A stretch of 63,706 bases of DNA, counting the filler, from an uncultured Myxococcia bacterium (lineage in GTDB: Bacteria; CAZTWC01): assembly GCA_964617105.1 (NCBI GenBank). It is 12 parts of 12 records of this genome, joined end to end, with 100 filler letters (N's around TTAATTAATTAA, not from the genome) between each part and the next. Parts side by side here need not be neighbours in the genome. Positions count along the whole stretch, not along the records: positions 58,630 to 63,706 come from CAZTWC010000271.1; 11 more parts are not named here. The stretch is one strand, 5' to 3'. Shown piece by piece: positions 58,632-63,706 of this stretch. Every line of letters begins with the position of its first letter. Position 1 is the stretch's first letter. Both the position numbers and the translations under genes were made by a program. The notes under the pieces were generated by a model, which ran no database searches, was not told the origin of the DNA, and was given only the letters and a program-made list of their open reading frames with translations.

Positions 58632-59579
58632 TTGGAACAATTGGCCCGCACCTATGAATTGCCCAGTCTTATCCTCCAATATCGCAGCCTTAACAAGTTG
58701 CTTTCTACCTATATTGATGTTTTACCCAGGTTGGTTAATCCCGCCACCGGCCGAATCCATACTAGTTTCAACCAGGCAGCCACCGCCACCGGAAGATTGA
58801 GCAGTTCAGATCCAAACTTGCAAAACATTCCAGTGAGAACCACTGAAGGGAAAAGTATAAGAGCGGCTTTCATCCCTAGAGAAGGCTGTAGACTGCTTTC
58901 TGCCGATTATTCTCAAATCGAATTGCGGGTGCTGGCTCACCTTTCAAAAGATGAGCACTTTATCCAGGCCTTCAAGCAGGGTGAGGATATTCATCTCCGT
59001 ACTGCCATGGAAATTTTGAGTAAAAAGGCGGACAAAATTACTGATGCTGACCGGAGAATAGCCAAAAACATCAACTTTGGCGTGGTATATGGCATCTCAT
59101 CCTTTCGTCTGGCCAATCAACTTAACATTACCAGAAAAGCGGCCAAAGAGCACATTGATAATTTTTTCTTACGCTATCCAGGAATCAAGTCTTTTATGGA
59201 CCAATCCATTGAAAAAGCCAAAAAAGATGGCAAAGTATCCACTATTTTAAACCGGCATCGGCTTATACCAGAAATAAACAGTTCCAATGGAAACATAGCC
59301 GCCGGAGCCAGTAGAATGGCATTTAATACTATTATTCAAGGTTCAGCCGCGGATATTATTAAAATAGCCATGCTGCGGGTATTCAGAGCGCTTAAACGCA
59401 CTAATCTTAAGACTGCTCTATTGCTCCAGGTTCACGATGAACTATTGCTGGAGGTGCCAGAGGAGGAGATAGGCCAGGTAACAACTTTGGTAAAAGAAGA
59501 GATGGAAGGAGCATTTGAGTTAGAATCTATCTTAAAAGTGGACATCTCCATTGGAGATGATTGGAGCCAGGCCCATTAG
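58632..59579 (+). CDS. polA: DNA polymerase I, polymerase domain (5'-partial)
   Basis: TGRLSSSDPNLQNIP, motif A ADYSQIELR, motif B RRIAKNINFGVVYG, motif C QVHDEL. Confidence 0.97.
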   Translation: MEQLARTYELPSLILQYRSLNKLLSTYIDVLPRLVNPATGRIHTSFNQAATATGRLSSSDPNLQNIPVRTTEGKSIRAAFIPREGCRLLSADYSQIELRVLAHLSKDEHFIQAFKQGEDIHLRTAMEILSKKADKITDADRRIAKNINFGVVYGISSFRLANQLNITRKAAKEHIDNFFLRYPGIKSFMDQSIEKAKKDGKVSTILNRHRLIPEINSSNGNIAAGASRMAFNTIIQGSAADIIKIAMLRVFRALKRTNLKTALLLQVHDELLLEVPEEEIGQVTTLVKEEMEGAFELESILKVDISIGDDWSQAH

Positions 59580-59705
59580 AGTGACTTCTCGGACTGCAAC
59601 TAGTGCACTGTATAGCACTAGATAGTGGGAAGGTTAATAATATTTTAATGACTTTCGTAAAATTTTTATTTTATTTGTAACGATTTTTTCTGTATAATTT
59701 ATTCT

Positions 59706-61478
59706 ATGAAAAAAAATACTGATAAAAAACTCGCGAAACTTCAATCTAAGTTGGATGACAGGAACCGGATGTTCTCTGATATCCAGGAAATTGCCCTGGC
59801 TCTCAGCTCGACCCTGGATTTGGATCGGATTTTAACCCTTATTATGGAAAAATCCACTCTGCTGATGGGGGCTGAAAGGACCACTCTTTTCCTCATCGAT
59901 AAACAAAAACAGGAAATCTGGTCCAAAATTATCCAGGGACCGGAGATCCAGGAGATCAGGTTGCCTCTGGGAGAGGGGTTAGCCGGCTGGGTAGCCCAGC
60001 ATGGAGAAACCATCAACACCGACGATCCCTACCAGGACCATCGTTTTCACTATAGCATAGATAAAAAAAGCGGTTTTAAGACCAAAAGTATTCTCTGCAA
60101 TCCCGTGTTTAACAGCAAACAGGAGATTATCGGGGTAATCCAGGTCTTAAACAAAAAAACTGGTCCATTTGATAAAGATGATGAAAAATTGCTAACCACC
60201 CTCTCGGCTCATACTGCGGTATCCATAGAAAACGCCAGACTTTACCAGTCAGCCGTCTCCCGCAATATTGAACTTCTGGACACCAAGGTAAAACTTGAAC
60301 ACAAAATGTACGAATTAGATCTTCTCTTTGAAATCGAAAAAGAGATAAGCACGGCGTTGAACCTGGAGGAATTACTGGAAAATATCATCTCCAATACCAT
60401 GAAATTATTAACCGCTGAGGCCGGTTCTATCTTGCTGAAGGAACATAAAAGTAACTCACTGTTTTTCTTTAGTGCTCTGGGTAAGAAAAAGGATGAGTTG
60501 AAAAAACTAACCATAGAAATGGGGCAGGGTATTGTAGGGTGGGTGGCAGAGAATAAAAAACCGGTTATCGCCAACCAGGTGGAAGAGGATAATCGTTATA
60601 CCAATACGATTTCCAAAAAAATAAAGTTCCCCACTCACTCAGTCATAAGTGTTCCCTTGATGAACAACGAACAAGTTCTGGGCGCCTTTGAAATAATCAA
60701 TAAATTAGGTTCACCTTCAAATAAATTCACCCAGGATGACCTGAAGATTTTAACCCTTATTGCCAGCCAGGTATCGAAGGCTATAGTGGCCAATACCATT
60801 AGAGAAGAAAAACAAAAGGCCAACCGGCTTTCCACCATCGGACAAATGATGAGTTCCATCCTCCATGATTTTAAAACCCCCATGACCATTATTTCTGGTT
60901 ACTCCCAAATGATGGTAAAGGAGGATGATATTGCCAACCGTCAAACATTCTCAAAACAAGTATTAAAGCAATTCAAACTGATGAACAGTATGATCCGTGA
61001 CATTTTAGCCTTTTCTCGGGGAGAGAGCCAAATTTTGCTGAGAAAAGTACTCATGAATAAATTTTTTCCAAAAATGGAAGCGTGTATCAATGGGGGAGTC
61101 AAAGATTTTAACATTGACCTGGAGATTGATCAAAGTTTCAACGGCACTTTGTTAATTGACGAAAACAAGATGCTGCGAGTGATAAACAATATTACCCGCA
61201 ACGCTCAGCAGGCCATGCCGGATGGGGGAAAATTTGTGGTCAAAATTCATCAGCAGGATCAGCAGGTGCTTTTCTCTTTTACCGACAGCGGCACCGGTAT
61301 TCCTGAGGAGATTAAAGACCGGCTGTTCGATTCCTTTGTGACTAAAGGAAAAAAAAATGGCACCGGGTTGGGGCTGGCCATTGTAAAGAAAATAGTGGAA
61401 GAACATAAGGGAGATGTATCGGTTCAATCAGAACCCGACAAAGGTTGCACCTTTTGCGTCAAGTTACCGCTTGGATAA
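59706..61478 (+). CDS. Cytoplasmic GAF-GAF histidine kinase
   Basis: Two GAF domains with NK..F...D motifs, HDFKTP H-box, NITRNA, DSGTG, GTGLGL. Confidence 0.94.
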   Translation: MKKNTDKKLAKLQSKLDDRNRMFSDIQEIALALSSTLDLDRILTLIMEKSTLLMGAERTTLFLIDKQKQEIWSKIIQGPEIQEIRLPLGEGLAGWVAQHGETINTDDPYQDHRFHYSIDKKSGFKTKSILCNPVFNSKQEIIGVIQVLNKKTGPFDKDDEKLLTTLSAHTAVSIENARLYQSAVSRNIELLDTKVKLEHKMYELDLLFEIEKEISTALNLEELLENIISNTMKLLTAEAGSILLKEHKSNSLFFFSALGKKKDELKKLTIEMGQGIVGWVAENKKPVIANQVEEDNRYTNTISKKIKFPTHSVISVPLMNNEQVLGAFEIINKLGSPSNKFTQDDLKILTLIASQVSKAIVANTIREEKQKANRLSTIGQMMSSILHDFKTPMTIISGYSQMMVKEDDIANRQTFSKQVLKQFKLMNSMIRDILAFSRGESQILLRKVLMNKFFPKMEACINGGVKDFNIDLEIDQSFNGTLLIDENKMLRVINNITRNAQQAMPDGGKFVVKIHQQDQQVLFSFTDSGTGIPEEIKDRLFDSFVTKGKKNGTGLGLAIVKKIVEEHKGDVSVQSEPDKGCTFCVKLPLG

Positions 61479-61533
61479 CAAAGCGCACTTAGACAATGCA
61501 TCCACAGATCAATTTAATGGGAAAAAATTCGTT

Positions 61534-62004
61534 TTAGGCGATACTTACTAGTGAGGCCTCTATCCAGAACTCCCCCTCTTCAATATTGAAGGGAATTACC
61601 ACCGCCTTGATATTGGAAGAATGATAGATTTGAATTCCTGAGCCAGTCACCATGGATGGGATGGCCATTTCAAAGGCATAACCTTTTTCTGCCAGGCGGC
61701 GTTTGGCTCCGCCTGAGATCATGTTAGTCAATTCACCCACTGCATCCACAATAACATCGTCTACCTCAGTAAACTCCTCGCCCAACATATTGGAAACCAC
61801 TTTTAGAATACAGGGTTCGGCAAAACTCAGCACCATTGTGCCTTGAACTTCCTCTCCTGCCATGCCGATTATACCGGTAACAGTACCATAAGTAAGAAGA
61901 GTATCTTTTAGGAAAGGCCGGCCATTTTTTACCTTAACAAAAGCCATTTTCTCCAGAACTTCAATTGTCGCTTCCAGAAAAGGGTTAATGAAATCAGCCT
62001 TCAT
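61534..62004 (-). CDS. cheX: Chemotaxis phosphatase CheX
   Basis: FINPFLEAT, VTGIIGMAG, DAVGELTNMISG, MAIPSMVTG. Confidence 0.93.
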   Translation of the reverse strand: MKADFINPFLEATIEVLEKMAFVKVKNGRPFLKDTLLTYGTVTGIIGMAGEEVQGTMVLSFAEPCILKVVSNMLGEEFTEVDDVIVDAVGELTNMISGGAKRRLAEKGYAFEMAIPSMVTGSGIQIYHSSNIKAVVIPFNIEEGEFWIEASLVSIA

Positions 62005-62157
62005 TTGGAGTTTCCTTTCTCCGTTTTATTCACCGTATTTTGATGCCGTAAGGTTGAGTTTTTCCTAACAACCTAGATTAATGTCTTTAGACCCTATCAC
62101 GGTAGCCCAACAGTGTCAAGCAAATTTCTTTTCTCTAATTATTGTCTCGAGCCTCAA

Positions 62158-62186
62158 TTGACTAATACAGTTTGCTATGGTATAAA
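62158..62186 (+). promoter_or_regulatory. Putative sigma70 promoter
   Basis: TTGACT-N17-TATAAA with an extended -10 TG, upstream of the ORF at 62256. Confidence 0.5.
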
Positions 62187-62255
62187 TTATAATTCTTAAC
62201 GACATTTTTTTGTCTTCAATTCTCGAATATATTCGGGCACAATAAGGGGGATCTT

Positions 62256-63706
62256 ATGGGATTTTTTGCCAAACGCAAAGATAATAGAACCCATATTCTC
62301 ATGGCTAATCTATATCAAAGACTTTACCTCTATCTGATTTTTATCATACTGGCTATATTACCATATAATGTTATGGCTAAAACCAAATTGATAATCTTTC
62401 CCTTTCAATTGGTAGATGGGGAATTGACACCAGAGCAAATATCCGGTTCCACCGAGAAGTTAGTCAATGAACTTAAACAGGATAAAAATTTAATCACCTT
62501 GGTAGTCAAAACTAATGACGGTAGCGGGAAGGCAAAATCCACAGGAAAGGCGTCTTCTGCCGCCGAACGGATCAAGCAAGCTGAAAATTACCTGGACAAA
62601 GCCCGGCTGCTGGCAGATAAACGAATCTATGCCAAGGCAATAAAACTAATGACCAAAGCGGAAAAACTCTACTTGAAGTCGATTTTCTTTATCAAAGATA
62701 TCACTCCATTAAAAAAGTTATATGCGGAAAAGGCTCTCGCCTATCTAAAAAGAGGCAAAGATAAACGGGCATCAAAGAGTTTAGGGCAATTACTGCGACT
62801 AGATTACCAGGCTAACCTATTACTGGGTGAAGTGCCGGAAAAACTCTACCTGTTATTTGACCGAGAGAAGCAGCGGCTTTTTAAAATGAAAAAAGGGACC
62901 ATCTCCATCAATTCAGATCCTCCCGGCGCCACGGTAATATTAAATGGTCGGGAACTAAGCAGAACCCCGGCTAAGTTGCGTTATCTATTACCAGGACTAC
63001 ATTATTTGAAAGTTAGCAAACCCGGATATCCGCCTCGTACCAGAAAGGTGAGAATCAAGGGAGGCTCTCATAAAAAATTTAAAGAGAGTTTCAGAAAAAA
63101 GAGCAAGGGAGACGATCCTACAGGAAATATCATTGAAAATATTCAAGCCAACAAGTTCAACTATTCTATGATCAGAAACGTCAACAAATTGGGGAAAAAA
63201 CTGCGCGGTCAGTATATGCTTATGGCTGGATTGAAAAAAGAGAATACTTTTATATTGGTCCAGGCTTTTTTGGTCAAAATCGATAAAAAGTTAGCATACA
63301 AGTTGACTCCCATCAAGTTTGACCTGGAATTGATCAGTGGTGATCTGGAAGCCTACAACCTTATCCAAGAAATTGGCACCACCATAGAATCTCCACCCAA
63401 GAGTATCCAACTGCCCCTATCCTTTTTTAAAGGAGCGGCAGATACCAAGGTAAAGTCTGAGTTTGTAGATATTGATGCCGGACCTCCACCATCAGAACGA
63501 AGAATAGCCCGGGCACCGGCAGCTCCCGCTCCAGAAAAGCAAAAATCCAAAATGAATAAATCGGCCGGAGTTATTGGCACAACTGCAGCTCCCTCAGGCC
63601 CAAGCCGTGGAGTTGTTATGCCTTCAGCGGGAAAGGATGACCTGGAACCAGAGGTGCTGGAGGAGATAACGGAAGATAAGAAAATCGCCCCGATAGAAAA
63701 GAAAAA
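62256..63706 (+). CDS. PEGA-domain exported protein with TPR-like helices (3'-partial; absent from the supplied ORF track)
   Basis: AAGGGGG RBS and ATG 62256, signal/TM segment, helical region, PEGA motif GTISINSDPPGATVILNGRELSRTP...LLPGLHYLKVSKPGY. Apparently runs off the window end. Confidence 0.85.
   Translation, partial: MGFFAKRKDNRTHILMANLYQRLYLYLIFIILAILPYNVMAKTKLIIFPFQLVDGELTPEQISGSTEKLVNELKQDKNLITLVVKTNDGSGKAKSTGKASSAAERIKQAENYLDKARLLADKRIYAKAIKLMTKAEKLYLKSIFFIKDITPLKKLYAEKALAYLKRGKDKRASKSLGQLLRLDYQANLLLGEVPEKLYLLFDREKQRLFKMKKGTISINSDPPGATVILNGRELSRTPAKLRYLLPGLHYLKVSKPGYPPRTRKVRIKGGSHKKFKESFRKKSKGDDPTGNIIENIQANKFNYSMIRNVNKLGKKLRGQYMLMAGLKKENTFILVQAFLVKIDKKLAYKLTPIKFDLELISGDLEAYNLIQEIGTTIESPPKSIQLPLSFFKGAADTKVKSEFVDIDAGPPPSERRIARAPAAPAPEKQKSKMNKSAGVIGTTAAPSGPSRGVVMPSAGKDDLEPEVLEEITEDKKIAPIEKK

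Overview
This window is not one locus. It is 12 draft-genome contigs of about 5.1-5.4 kb, sorted by decreasing length and joined by 100-nt N/TTAATTAATTAA linkers, so gene neighbourhood is meaningful only within a contig. Contigs: 1-5407, 5508-10905, 11006-16377, 16478-21835, 21936-27248, 27349-32495, 32596-37729, 37830-42943, 43044-48143, 48244-53343, 53444-58529, 58630-63706. The gene content points to a diderm, deltaproteobacterial-type organism (Myxococcota/Bdellovibrionota/Desulfobacterota-like; inference): kdsA, lnt, plsB, PilB/GspE, CheX, sigma54 activators, Cys-rich lipoproteins, a PEGA protein and an Orp-like cluster. Housekeeping genes include rlmN, ligA, kdsA, plsB, nuoD/H/I, lnt, glpD, dusB and polA, many cut by contig ends. 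Most notable: (1) an AT-rich TIR-domain gene translationally coupled to a type I restriction subunit HsdR and followed by RhuM, a candidate RM-embedded TIR defence module; (2) a stand-alone His-less HPt-like protein with a CheZ/FliM-type tail; (3) a convergent pair of OrpR-like Fe-S PAS sigma54 activators, one with degenerate catalytic motifs; (4) a 1341-aa all-Cys-repeat lipoprotein with a four-fold higher-order repeat; (5) tandem hybrid kinases, one ending in a pseudokinase; (6) a dispersed palindromic REP/MITE-like element. No rRNA, tRNA or CRISPR array was recognised.
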